From: Halobacteriovoraceae bacterium
GTDB taxonomy: Bacteria > Bdellovibrionota > Bacteriovoracia > Bacteriovoracales > Bacteriovoracaceae
DNA: 64,000 bases
Assembly: GCA_002712005.1 (NCBI GenBank)
Contig: PASP01000003.1
Span: 59,383-123,382, forward strand
Direction of reading: 5' to 3'
In this document: in pieces, positions 34,605 to 44,435 of the stretch
How positions within the stretch are numbered: the stretch's first letter is position 1
Layout: each line of letters opens with the position of its first letter
Program-made: the position numbers and the translations under genes
The notes under the pieces: model-generated
Database searches by the model: none
What the model was told of the DNA's origin: nothing
What the model saw: only the letters and a program-made list of their open reading frames with translations

Positions 34605-36149
34605 TTAATAACCCTCATCCATTTGGGGCTCATCGCCATAGGCTTCTTCTGAGTAGGACTCTTCAGGATAAGACTCCTCTTGGTAGCTCTCTTCTTGATA
34701 ACTCTCTTCTTGATAATTTTCTTCAGCGGGATAACTTTCTTGGGGAAGAGCAACATCACCTTGTTGCACTTGGTCGTCGTAGCCACCTTCATCTTGATAG
34801 GAGTCTTCTTGGTAAGCATCGTCACTTTGAGGAACTCGTCCATCTTCTGATCCCCAGACACCTTCAACCGAATCGATATCGGACTCCATGAAGTCATCTT
34901 GTTGGGCCTTATCATAATATTGATCTTCTGAATCAATGGTCCTCTTATCCAGTCTCTTTCTCACTCTATCTTGGGCCACAGGAGTAGAGCCATCATCATA
35001 AGCGTAGTCTTCTCCACCATAGGGATCATCTTGATAGGGATCTTCATTATCGCGAAAGGGGCGTTCTTGCATTTTACGACCTTCTCTGAAAGAGTCGGTA
35101 TCTGTTATACTTGCCGGTCTCCTAGAAGGTGCTCTTCTTGGTGCCTTTCTTATTTTATTTACGCGATTTACTTTGTATTTCTTCTCTTGTTCTTGGGCCC
35201 TTTGGACCACTGCCTTTTCAGAAGCGGGGACACGTCCATTTGTCGGAGTTCCTCTTTTTATGAGTTTCCTTGCGGCTTTATCTCTACCGGTTAGAAGATT
35301 TACTTCCTGCATGGGATCGTTAAAGAGCATATAGGCCGATGCTCCCAACATAATACAAATAGCGACGACGTAGGCTAAGTTCTTAGTCCAGCCTGACTCT
35401 TCAGAATTACTTTCTTGAGCATGATTCTTATTTTGATTAGGGTGAACGAACTCGACAATATCTGCACCTTCATGATGTTCTTTCTCGGATACAGATGATT
35501 CACTGTCTTGTTGATTCGTTTGTGAATTTTGATGAGACTCTACATTTTCAATAAAGGCCAATCCAGCAAAAGCATTGAGCTGTCTCTCTCTTTGCTCAGC
35601 GCTGCCAAGCTGCTCATCAATTTCATCATTAGAGCCTTTGAAGACATCCCAACCAGGGATACTAGGGAGGTGACCTTGTTCTAAATCACGGCGATCAAAT
35701 TGGGCATACTCATAGAGCTTTCTCCATGTGTGACCGTCATCAAAGCTTACTTGATCTGTGAGTAGAATTTCTTTTTGATTGAGAAGGGCCTTGATTTCAG
35801 ACGAACTTAGGGGTCCATGCTTTTGACCATCAACTAAAATATAAGCATCCCTATTTTCGGGAAGTTCTTTTTCATCAGCAATGATTTGAGGCCTTCTTCT
35901 TTGAAAGGCCGGGTGAGAATAGATATTGATCCATTCACCAATATTCTTTGCATCTCTGACTTGAGTATTTTCTGGAAATATATTGGCTTCGGTGAGTTCT
36001 TTTAATCCCGCTTGGGTATAGGGGCCAGATGCTGAGGTCTCAGGTAATTTGAGATGGAAAAAGGGTCCAGTGATTTCACTCCAGTGATGAGGGGCTTTCA
36101 CCTTTTCTAAGAGGGCCTTTATTTTCATAATTTCAGGATCTGTCTTCAT
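34605..36149 (-). CDS. Membrane protein with two GYF_2-like domains and an acidic repeat tail
   Basis: YILVDGQKHGPLSSSEIKALLNQKEILLTDQVSFDDGHTWRKLYEY fits the GYF_2 pattern, and a second weaker copy lies near the N-terminus. One TM helix (LAYVVAICIMLGASAYMLF). C-terminal EESYQEESYQEESYQEESYPEESY repeats. Confidence 0.7.
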   Translation of the reverse strand: MKTDPEIMKIKALLEKVKAPHHWSEITGPFFHLKLPETSASGPYTQAGLKELTEANIFPENTQVRDAKNIGEWINIYSHPAFQRRRPQIIADEKELPENRDAYILVDGQKHGPLSSSEIKALLNQKEILLTDQVSFDDGHTWRKLYEYAQFDRRDLEQGHLPSIPGWDVFKGSNDEIDEQLGSAEQRERQLNAFAGLAFIENVESHQNSQTNQQDSESSVSEKEHHEGADIVEFVHPNQNKNHAQESNSEESGWTKNLAYVVAICIMLGASAYMLFNDPMQEVNLLTGRDKAARKLIKRGTPTNGRVPASEKAVVQRAQEQEKKYKVNRVNKIRKAPRRAPSRRPASITDTDSFREGRKMQERPFRDNEDPYQDDPYGGEDYAYDDGSTPVAQDRVRKRLDKRTIDSEDQYYDKAQQDDFMESDIDSVEGVWGSEDGRVPQSDDAYQEDSYQDEGGYDDQVQQGDVALPQESYPAEENYQEESYQEESYQEESYPEESYSEEAYGDEPQMDEGY

Positions 36150-36337
36150 AATTAGTCCTTAAAAAGGAAGTCCAGTTTTAGTCTTATTCGGCTTTTAACT
36201 GGGAATTCTTCAATTTAGAGTGCATTTATTGATGAAGAGGGCGAAAATTGCCTATCCTGATTTCAGGTATTTATATTATTTTAGACGGTGGACGCTTAAT
36301 ACTAGTCATTAAAGCCAAGGCGTATTAATCTAGGGCG

Positions 36338-37738
36338 ATGACAACCTTTATCTTATTGTTATTACGTTATACTCTGGGGAATCTCCTTATTTTTCCTCTG
36401 TATTTACTCTCTTCTAAAATTAGAAAGAGGATTCTTTTTGAAAAAGAATACGGTCCTAAGAAAGGAGATCGGGTATCTGAAGATATTTGGTTCCATGTCA
36501 GTAGTGAAGGAGAGTGGGAGCAAATATGGCCGGTGGTCAGTTTCTTCTCAACCCTAGTTGTTGGGCAAAGAAAGCTCAATATGACGATTTGGTTCACCTC
36601 CACTTCCTTAAAAAATAAAGTGGATAAAATCTTGGCCCAGAAGACCCAAGATTCCCGTATCGATACCTACTGTTTATCTTTATTAAGTATCAATCCCTTT
36701 GGTCCTCGAAATATTCTCTCTTACAAAGCGCCAAAACTCTTTTTTATGGTTCGGTATGATTTCTTTCCTGAATTGATGTGGCAGGGGATAAGAAGTGGCA
36801 AATTTATTCTTCTGTCCGCTACCTTAAAGGGGAAGGTTGATAAAATAAGAAGAAATCCCATAAAGAAGTTAAAGGCCAAACTTCGTTATGACTGTTTTGA
36901 TCATATCATCGCTTCTACTGATCATGATGCCCATTGTTTTCAAAAACTTCTTGGAGTTTCAGAAAATCAGCAAAGCCCTGTTGAAGAGGCGATGTCAGAG
37001 AAATTTGTAGGAAGCTATGATTTTCGACATTTTCAGATCATGCAACGCCAAGCTGAAAAAATGAATTTAGAATCAACCCATTTTCAGGATTCATTTGAAT
37101 CTCTATTCAAAGACTACTCCATAGATAAAAGAATTATCTTAGGTAACTTTTGGTTTCATGAAAGAGAGCTCTTTACTTCGGAATTTATATCAGATCTTAA
37201 AGACAAGAAGATCTTAGTTTTTATAGCTCCCCACCATCTAAAAGGTGAAGAGTTTGAAAATATAGAGCATTGGTTTGAAAAATTCACGGACGCTGGTTTA
37301 GATACCGTCATATGGGATGAGATAGGAATTCATGGTGAAGGGAATTTTATCCTTTGTAAGCTCCCAGGTTTACTCTGCGAAATTTATCCTTATTTTGGTC
37401 ACGCCTATATTGGAAATGGCTTTGGCCGCTCGATTCATTCTATCCTTGAGCCCTTTTGGTCTGGAGCCCATCTCTACTGTGGCCCCAAAACCCATCGCTC
37501 AACGGAGTTCGACTTTGCTAGGGCCTATTATGAAACGAGAGGGAAAATCAATCCCGCAGTGATCAGAGAATTACACGATTTTTATCCTCTTTTAATCAAT
37601 GAGAGCAAAGAAGGAAATCATTTGAAGCCCATTGATTCGGATAATCTTAAACTTCTGGGTGAGAGTATACGGACTCAAAGAGATGGTTTACTCTCTTATT
37701 ATAAGAATTTTCTAGAAAAAGAAGCCCAGGCTGATTAA
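36338..37738 (+). CDS. Divergent 3-deoxy-D-manno-octulosonic-acid (Kdo) transferase-like glycosyltransferase
   Basis: IWFHVSSEGEWEQIWPVV resembles the WaaA N-terminal W-x-H-x-x-S-x-GE motif. C-terminal GFGRSIHSILEPFWSGAHLYCGP resembles GGHN-x-LEP...GP of WaaA. The assignment is tentative. Confidence 0.6.
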   Translation: MTTFILLLLRYTLGNLLIFPLYLLSSKIRKRILFEKEYGPKKGDRVSEDIWFHVSSEGEWEQIWPVVSFFSTLVVGQRKLNMTIWFTSTSLKNKVDKILAQKTQDSRIDTYCLSLLSINPFGPRNILSYKAPKLFFMVRYDFFPELMWQGIRSGKFILLSATLKGKVDKIRRNPIKKLKAKLRYDCFDHIIASTDHDAHCFQKLLGVSENQQSPVEEAMSEKFVGSYDFRHFQIMQRQAEKMNLESTHFQDSFESLFKDYSIDKRIILGNFWFHERELFTSEFISDLKDKKILVFIAPHHLKGEEFENIEHWFEKFTDAGLDTVIWDEIGIHGEGNFILCKLPGLLCEIYPYFGHAYIGNGFGRSIHSILEPFWSGAHLYCGPKTHRSTEFDFARAYYETRGKINPAVIRELHDFYPLLINESKEGNHLKPIDSDNLKLLGESIRTQRDGLLSYYKNFLEKEAQAD

Positions 37739-37746
37739 GGAAGAAT

Positions 37747-39159
37747 ATGTTACAGAAGCATTACCCTTTGGCGGTTATTGGAAAGAGTTACTTAAGCTTG
37801 ATCTATGGCATTGAGCTTTTACGCTACTTTGATCGCATTCTCCTTCTCGATGATGATCGCCTGAGCTTTGGAGATTTATACCAAAATGGCCTAACGGAAA
37901 TGGATCGCTCCTTTTTGAAAACATTTGGCCAAGATCGAAATATTGAGGAACTCAAAGAAGGTCAGTTCCTGCGACCTTCTCCTTATATCCTTCACAGCGC
38001 TGGAACGGAAATTCTGCTTGGGCGCAGTCCGTGGGAAAATATCCGAGAGCTCACTCGTAAATTCTATGACCTCTTTCCTTATGATTTTCTCTTTCTCGAT
38101 CAAAGAAAGAGTGAAGAGGTTAATGATGAGGCTGAAAAAGGGGATATTCTAGGACAAGAAGAATTAAATAAAGATTACCATCTCTTCTGTGAGAGGCTAG
38201 GCCTTAATGGACTACGCTTTAAAAGTATTGAGAACTTTACCTTACAATATTTGATGGGCCACTGCCCTGATAGCTTAAAGATGCTCTATCGCTTATTTGC
38301 TAAGCAAGTAAATGAAAACCCAGAAGTGGCGAAATACTTTCTCTACTTTGGGAGGGCCCTCTTTCATAAGAAGCTCTCTTCCTCGTATACGGAGCTTGAA
38401 CTCTTTCATTTCTTTATCTGTATTATCGGTCCTCACTATGAGCTAGAAGTAGATTCTCTTTCTCAGTGTCTATCTCGAGAGTTTACGCAAAGAGGTGGCC
38501 ACTATAAAGAAGCTCAAGTTCGTGAATGGAAATTCTATAAGAGAAATCCTTGGTCTATAGAGCTATCAAGTTTTGAAGGAATTATTCATCCTCAAAAAAT
38601 ATCATTCCTAGGAGCCCATCCCACAGGACTTCCTTTAAAAGTTGAATATCCAGGCAATACCTTTCACTCTATTCATTTTGAAGTTCTCTGTAATGATGAA
38701 CGAATTTTTCAAATGAGTGAAAATAGTGAAGCCAGCTTTCATCTCTTTGGTGATCAACTCTCTTTGGGAACAGACTTTCCCTTTTGTAAGTTTGTTTTTA
38801 AAGACTCCCGTATTTTTGGTCAATTTCTTTATCGGGAAAAGAAAGGCTCTAAACTTGAATTTTATAAAGACTCTTTAAAGAAGAAGCTCTCCCAGCATCT
38901 TGGTTCACTCTTTCCTGGTATTGAAGATTCCATAGAGCATTTCCACCTTAATAAGGGGAGAGAAGTTTTTATGGATCAAAGTGATGTCTATATTACTCCG
39001 GATATGGTGAAACTCAAGCAGGTTGGACTCTTTGATTTCTCTATTCCAACAGTGAATCGAAAACTAAAGAATGTTTACTATTATGGTCCACTAAAGAGTG
39101 GTCCTTTGGGAGTCTTTGGTCAGCTCATGGAAATTAAAGAGACTCCAAAGTATCAATAG
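37747..39159 (+). CDS. Hypothetical protein (470 aa)
   Basis: AAGGAAG RBS, starting 8 nt after the preceding gene. The N-terminal LAVIGKSYLSLIYGIELL looks like a degenerate dinucleotide-binding beta-alpha-beta, with no confident domain call. Confidence 0.6.
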   Translation: MLQKHYPLAVIGKSYLSLIYGIELLRYFDRILLLDDDRLSFGDLYQNGLTEMDRSFLKTFGQDRNIEELKEGQFLRPSPYILHSAGTEILLGRSPWENIRELTRKFYDLFPYDFLFLDQRKSEEVNDEAEKGDILGQEELNKDYHLFCERLGLNGLRFKSIENFTLQYLMGHCPDSLKMLYRLFAKQVNENPEVAKYFLYFGRALFHKKLSSSYTELELFHFFICIIGPHYELEVDSLSQCLSREFTQRGGHYKEAQVREWKFYKRNPWSIELSSFEGIIHPQKISFLGAHPTGLPLKVEYPGNTFHSIHFEVLCNDERIFQMSENSEASFHLFGDQLSLGTDFPFCKFVFKDSRIFGQFLYREKKGSKLEFYKDSLKKKLSQHLGSLFPGIEDSIEHFHLNKGREVFMDQSDVYITPDMVKLKQVGLFDFSIPTVNRKLKNVYYYGPLKSGPLGVFGQLMEIKETPKYQ

Positions 39160-39191
39160 ACATAAATCTCATTTGCGATGACAATAAGAGC

Positions 39192-39446
39192 ATGGCCTTA
39201 TTGAGAATGAATCCCTTTTTTAAGAAATTAAAAGAATCCGGTCAGACGAGTGTGGAATATATCCTTATGCTCGCTGTGGTGATGATTATGATTATTAATA
39301 TTTTAGGGGCTGTAAAAGAGCGCTTAATAGCGGAACAGACCCCTTGTCCCCCCAATGATGACTCAATTGGATGTACCATTTCCAGGGCCGTGGCCAGTTT
39401 TGGGACCACCGACGATAATTTTCGTTTCTTCACTCTAAGACGATAA
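39192..39446 (+). CDS. Flp/Fap-family (type IVb, Tad-type) pilin-like protein
   Basis: FFKKLKESGQTSVEYILMLAVVMIMIINILGAV matches the Flp prepilin pattern (G/xxxxEY followed by a hydrophobic helix). 84 aa. The C-terminal part has a Cys pair (CPPNDDSIGC). The start could instead be ATG 39207. Confidence 0.65.
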   Translation: MALLRMNPFFKKLKESGQTSVEYILMLAVVMIMIINILGAVKERLIAEQTPCPPNDDSIGCTISRAVASFGTTDDNFRFFTLRR

Positions 39447-39657
39447 CTCATTCTAAGTATCTGAAATTATAAGTAGGTTCTACCAAGATAATAACGCATG
39501 GTGTGAAAATAATACACTGAGTCAAGGTATACCTTTTTTTTATTCCTACATTTGTTATAACAACTCTGTATTTTTGCTATATGCACAATTTTGTTTCACG
39601 AAGGGCTGCTGTTTTGAGATTTTCAGCATTTCTTAGGAAACATGAGGAGACTTTATA

Positions 39658-40722
39658 ATGAAAGGTTTTATGAAAAGAGACATTTTAGCGGCGACTCTAC
39701 TCGTTACAGCTGCTATGAGTGCCCCGTCATTTGCTCAAGATGATTATCTTATGAATCAAACAGAAGATATCTTGAATTCTGAGCAGATCGATATTGATGG
39801 TACTTTTAAAAAAGAAAGCGCAGCCGACAGAGTGGCGAAGATGAGAAAGAAGCTCGAAGAACAGAACGAGCAAATGGTTCAAAAGAAAATTGAAGACATT
39901 AGAATTCAGCAAGAGCAAGAACTTGCTGGAAAACTTCAAAGTGCTTTCAATGGAAATATGCAGGCCATGGAGCAGAATCAAGCACCGACTCAACAAGTGG
40001 ATACAGTTGATACGGTTCAAGCTGCTCCTCAGAGAATTGTTGCTCCAATGCCTGAGTATAAAGAAGAAAATCTTTATAAAGTTATCCCTTATGCTGGAGG
40101 GAAAGTTTATAACGGTGAAGATGTTGACTCCTTCAACGCGAATGTGGATACAGGGGTTGCCTTTGAAACTATGTTAAGTGAAAGAATTAGTATTGGATTT
40201 CGTCTTGGTTACACAAGTATGGACTTCTCTGACACGGATACTTACTTAAGTTCAGTTAACTCTTCATTCTATGAAGATCTAGAAGTTAACTACAAGAACT
40301 TATCTGTAGGGGTTCAGTCGAAGTTCTTCTTTACGACAAGTCGTTTCCGTCCTTATATCGGTCTTGGAGCTGCTTTTAACAGAACAACTCTAGAACTAGA
40401 AAATGATATTACCAATAATAATGGTTGTTACTACTACGGAAATCAGTACTACTGCTATAACTCTCAAGATGATGAAGATCGCAAGGTTTCGGGAACTAAC
40501 TTTACAGGAACAGCGGCTCTAGGTGCTGAAATCCTTTTCAATGAAACTGTAGGTCTTAACTTTGAGTTCAGCTATACGAGAGCCTTTAATGCAGCCTTTA
40601 ATGCTAATGGAAACTCGACAAACTCTTCTGAGCAAGTTCAAAACTTTCTTAAAGAGCATGGTGAGAATTTTGACGACGCTGATATTGCAGCGCTAAACCT
40701 TGGTCTTGTTGTAAAATTCTAA
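39658..40722 (+). CDS. Outer-membrane beta-barrel protein with an N-terminal coiled-coil/Gln-rich extension
   Basis: Signal peptide (LLVTAAMSAPSFA). About 100 aa are charged and helical. Amphipathic beta-strands alternate to a C-terminal LNLGLVVKF with a terminal Phe, as in OMP barrels. GAGGAG RBS. Confidence 0.75.
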   Translation: MKGFMKRDILAATLLVTAAMSAPSFAQDDYLMNQTEDILNSEQIDIDGTFKKESAADRVAKMRKKLEEQNEQMVQKKIEDIRIQQEQELAGKLQSAFNGNMQAMEQNQAPTQQVDTVDTVQAAPQRIVAPMPEYKEENLYKVIPYAGGKVYNGEDVDSFNANVDTGVAFETMLSERISIGFRLGYTSMDFSDTDTYLSSVNSSFYEDLEVNYKNLSVGVQSKFFFTTSRFRPYIGLGAAFNRTTLELENDITNNNGCYYYGNQYYCYNSQDDEDRKVSGTNFTGTAALGAEILFNETVGLNFEFSYTRAFNAAFNANGNSTNSSEQVQNFLKEHGENFDDADIAALNLGLVVKF

Positions 40723-40795
40723 GACCAAAGTAATTGAGTACAAAAGTCTCCCTTAGGTAAATTTACCTAGATCAATAAATTCATAAATCTTTCAA

Positions 40796-40830
40796 GGGCC
40801 TGATACCAAACTTTTGGACAGGCCCTTTTC
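40796..40830 (+). terminator. Candidate rho-independent terminator after the OMP gene
   Basis: GGGCCTG (40796-40802) pairs with CAGGCCC (40819-40825), with inner CCAAA/TTTGG pairing, followed by TTTTC. Confidence 0.55.
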
Positions 40831-40935
40831 ATTTTCCCCGATTCATAATCTAATAAATCTTTGAATTAAGAAGACCTTAGTCTATTATAATTGAGTATTT
40901 TTCATTTAATGATCTCTTAAGGAAAGGAGAAACCT

Positions 40936-42234
40936 ATGGCAAATGGACGCCCCGTTTATATTGTCTCTGCAAAGCGAACCCCTCAGGCCAAATCAGGAAC
41001 GGATTTAAAAGACGTTGCCGCCCCATATCTTGGCTCCTATCTCATTCGACAAATGGCCGACAATGCCAATTTACCTCCTATGGATATTGATGAAGTCATT
41101 ATTGGTAACGTAGGAAATCCTGCAAAATATCCGAATATAGGAAGAGTGATCGCTCTTGAAGCCGGGCTTCATAAGAAGACCAGTGGTTATACGGTACATA
41201 GAAACTGTGCCAGTGGACTTGAGGCGGTTAGCCAAGGTTTTCTTAAGGTGGCCAGTGGAAGAAGCGAATTAATTTTTGCTGGTGGTGTAGAAAATATGAG
41301 TCAAATGCCTTTGATCTATTCAGAGGAAATGACTGAGCTCTTTATGAATGTTATGAAGGCCAAGACGGTTTCAGATAAACTTAAAGTCATAAGTCACTTT
41401 AGACCTCCTTATCTTTCTCCTATTATCGCTATTGAACAAGGTCTAACGGATCCTTTCTGTGGACTTAATATGGGACAGACTGCGGAAGTTTTGGCCCGTG
41501 AATTTGGAATTTCTAGAGAAGAGCAAGATGCCTTCGCTCAAAGTTCTCACATGCGTGCGATTGCTGCTCAAAAAGAAGGTCGTTTTAATGATGAGATTCT
41601 TCCGATTATAATCGGAGATCATCTCAATAAACTTCTCTCTCAAGATGTAGGTCCTAGAGAGAGTTCCAGTGTTGAAAAACTGGCGAAGCTTAAACCTTAT
41701 TTTGATAGAAAGTCAGGAACTGTTACTGTGGGGAATGCTTGTCCTATTACCGATGGTGGTTCCATGCTCCTTTTGGCCAGTGAAGAAGCGGTTAAGAAGT
41801 ATGACCTTGATCCTATGGCCAAAATTGTAGATTACCACTTCCATGGTCTTGAGCCAGAGAGAATGGGAATGGGACCTCTATTAGCGATGGATGGTGTATT
41901 TAAGCGCACAGGAATGACTCTAGATCAAATGGATCTCGTAGAAATTAATGAAGCCTTTGCCGCACAAGTTCTCGCCGTTAAGAAGTCTATGACGGAAAAG
42001 AAATATGCAGATAAGTTTGGAGTAGAAACTCTTTGGGGTGAAATTCCAGATGAAAAGCTTAACGTCAATGGGGGAGCGATTGCTCTTGGACACCCTGTGG
42101 GCTCTACAGGAAGTCGTCTTGTAGTTACATTGGCCCATGAGATGGTTAAGCGTAAATCAACTTACGGTGTAGCATCTCTATGTATCGGTGGTGGACAAGG
42201 TGGTGCCATCATTATCGAAAACCTTAAGAAATAA
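40936..42234 (+). CDS. fadA: Acetyl-CoA C-acyltransferase (3-ketoacyl-CoA thiolase)
   Basis: [12 protein letters not shown] (active-site Cys), [28 protein letters not shown] and [15 protein letters not shown]. Confidence 0.95.
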   Translation: MANGRPVYIVSAKRTPQAKSGTDLKDVAAPYLGSYLIRQMADNANLPPMDIDEVIIGNVGNPAKYPNIGRVIALEAGLHKKTSGYTVHRNCASGLEAVSQGFLKVASGRSELIFAGGVENMSQMPLIYSEEMTELFMNVMKAKTVSDKLKVISHFRPPYLSPIIAIEQGLTDPFCGLNMGQTAEVLAREFGISREEQDAFAQSSHMRAIAAQKEGRFNDEILPIIIGDHLNKLLSQDVGPRESSSVEKLAKLKPYFDRKSGTVTVGNACPITDGGSMLLLASEEAVKKYDLDPMAKIVDYHFHGLEPERMGMGPLLAMDGVFKRTGMTLDQMDLVEINEAFAAQVLAVKKSMTEKKYADKFGVETLWGEIPDEKLNVNGGAIALGHPVGSTGSRLVVTLAHEMVKRKSTYGVASLCIGGGQGGAIIIENLKK

Positions 42235-42264
42235 GAAGCCCAGATTTAGAAGAGAGGATTCATA

Positions 42265-44421
42265 ATGAATACTGCGACAATTAAACAATACGACGAACGA
42301 TTTAAAAATATTAGTTATGAAGTTATGGACGGTGTGGCCTTTATTGGTTTTGGCCATAATAACGATAAGTCTATGACTGTCTTAAATGAAGAAACCTTAA
42401 GGGACCTTGATGCCATTGCCGATGAACTGACGGCAAAGAAGAAAGAATTAAGCGGTGCTATTTTCTTTACTCACAAAGAGCGCTGTTTTCTAGCTGGTGC
42501 TGATATTTCCCTGATTGCGGCCATGAAAACGGAAGCTGACGGTGCTCGTGGAGCGGAAGCTGGTCAAATGATTTTTAACAAGATTGAAGACCTTCCTTTT
42601 CCAACAATTGCTTGTGTTCATGGAGTTTGCTTGGGAGGAGGAACAGAGTTCTCTCTTTCTTGTAAAACCATTTTAATGAGTGATGATAAGTCTACGATCA
42701 TGGGACTGCCGGAAGTTAAATTAGGATTGATCCCTGGTTTTGGGGGGACTTATCGACTTCCTAGAAGAATTGGTATACCGAATGCACTAGATATTATTCT
42801 AACGGGAAAGACCATCAATGCCCGTAAAGGAAAGAAACTTGGACTTGCCGATGAAGTTTATCCAAAAGAGCGTATCGTTCAAATGGCCTTGGAAAAACAT
42901 TTAACAAAGAAAAAAGCAGATGCAAGTTTTAAAGAATCTCTTACGGATCTGGCCCAATCGAATATTATTTCGAGAAAGATCATTTTCTCTAAGGCCAGAG
43001 AGAGTGTTCTTAAGAAAACGAAAGGCTTCTATCAAGCACCTCTTAAGATTCTTGATACGATGGAATCAGGTACGCTTTCGGGAAGATCGAGTTACTTATC
43101 TCGTGAGGCCCAGGCCTTTGGAGAGTTATGTGTAAGTGAGCAAAGTAAGAATCTTCAGCATATCTACTTCATGACAGAGAAAGTGAAGAAGTATTCTGGA
43201 CCCAAAGGAGAGGGAGAGCTCCCTCAGCTTGATCGCGGTGCTTGTCTAGGTGCTGGTACTATGGGGGGAGGAATTGCATGGCTCATGAGTAATGTATCTA
43301 TGGCCCCAATAATGAAAGACTTAAATACAGATGCTCTAGAATTAGGTCTGAAGCAAGCAGCCAATAATTATAGTGGTGCTTTAAAGAGAAAGAGATTAAG
43401 TGCTGAAGACTTTGAAAGAAAGATGAGATCGATCACTTGTCAGACAGACTATTCAGGATTTGAGAAAGTGGACCTTCTCATTGAGGCCATTATCGAAGAT
43501 ATGAATATTAAAAAATCGGTTTTTTCGGAAACCGAAAAGTATATGCGTGATGATGCCCTTATCACTTCTAATGCTTCTTCATTAAGCGTAGAGGAAATGG
43601 CATCTGCCTTGGAAAGACCTGAGCGATTTGCTGGTCTTCACTTCTTTAATCCGGTACATATGATGCCTTTAGTGGAAATCATTACTCACTCTAAAGTCGC
43701 TCCTGAAACAGTTGAGGCCCTCTATAACTGGGTTCTCCGTGCTAAGAAAACACCTGTTGTTGTTAAAGATGGACCAGGCTTTCTCGTGAATCGTATTTTG
43801 ATGCCTTTTTTAAACGAAGCAGGCTTTCTCCTAGAAGAAGGAGTTAGCATGAAAGATTTAGATGATGCTTGTACCAATTTTGGGATGCCTATGGGACCTT
43901 GTCGTCTTCTCGATGAAGTCGGAATTGATGTGGCCGTTAAAGTGGCAAAAATCCTTCACGATGGATTAGGTGATCGTGCTAAGTCATCTTCTCTTTCTGC
44001 AAAAATGGCCGAAAAAGGTTATCTAGGTAAGAAATCGTCAAAAGGTTTCTATATTTATGATGAAAAGGGTAAACCGGCCGGATTTAATGAAGGTGCACAG
44101 AAATTATTAAATGCTCCTAAGAAAGTCATGAGTGAAACTGAGATTCAAATGCGAGTCATTCTACCTATGATCAATGAGGCAGCTATTATCCTCGATGAAG
44201 GAATCGTAGATCATGCTGCTGATGTGGATCTAGGTCTTATTTTTGGAATTGGCTTTCCTCCATTTAGAGGGGGACTCCTTCGCTATGCGGATAGTGAAGG
44301 TCCAGATCGCATTTTGGCCGCGATAGAAAAATTTGAAAAATCTGTGGATAAAGATCGTTATAAACCAGCTGATTTTTTAAGAAAACTCGTTGAGAATAAA
44401 ACGAAGTTCTACGAAGCATAA
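42265..44421 (+). CDS. fadB: Fatty-acid oxidation complex alpha subunit (enoyl-CoA hydratase / 3-hydroxyacyl-CoA dehydrogenase, FadB/FadJ type)
   Basis: N-terminal crotonase fold (FLAGADI, GVCLGGGTEF) and NAD-binding LGAGTMGGGIA with 3HCDH C-terminal repeats. The thiolase-first gene order resembles fadIJ. Confidence 0.95.
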   Translation: MNTATIKQYDERFKNISYEVMDGVAFIGFGHNNDKSMTVLNEETLRDLDAIADELTAKKKELSGAIFFTHKERCFLAGADISLIAAMKTEADGARGAEAGQMIFNKIEDLPFPTIACVHGVCLGGGTEFSLSCKTILMSDDKSTIMGLPEVKLGLIPGFGGTYRLPRRIGIPNALDIILTGKTINARKGKKLGLADEVYPKERIVQMALEKHLTKKKADASFKESLTDLAQSNIISRKIIFSKARESVLKKTKGFYQAPLKILDTMESGTLSGRSSYLSREAQAFGELCVSEQSKNLQHIYFMTEKVKKYSGPKGEGELPQLDRGACLGAGTMGGGIAWLMSNVSMAPIMKDLNTDALELGLKQAANNYSGALKRKRLSAEDFERKMRSITCQTDYSGFEKVDLLIEAIIEDMNIKKSVFSETEKYMRDDALITSNASSLSVEEMASALERPERFAGLHFFNPVHMMPLVEIITHSKVAPETVEALYNWVLRAKKTPVVVKDGPGFLVNRILMPFLNEAGFLLEEGVSMKDLDDACTNFGMPMGPCRLLDEVGIDVAVKVAKILHDGLGDRAKSSSLSAKMAEKGYLGKKSSKGFYIYDEKGKPAGFNEGAQKLLNAPKKVMSETEIQMRVILPMINEAAIILDEGIVDHAADVDLGLIFGIGFPPFRGGLLRYADSEGPDRILAAIEKFEKSVDKDRYKPADFLRKLVENKTKFYEA

Positions 44422-44435
44422 GGGTACTTTTCAAT

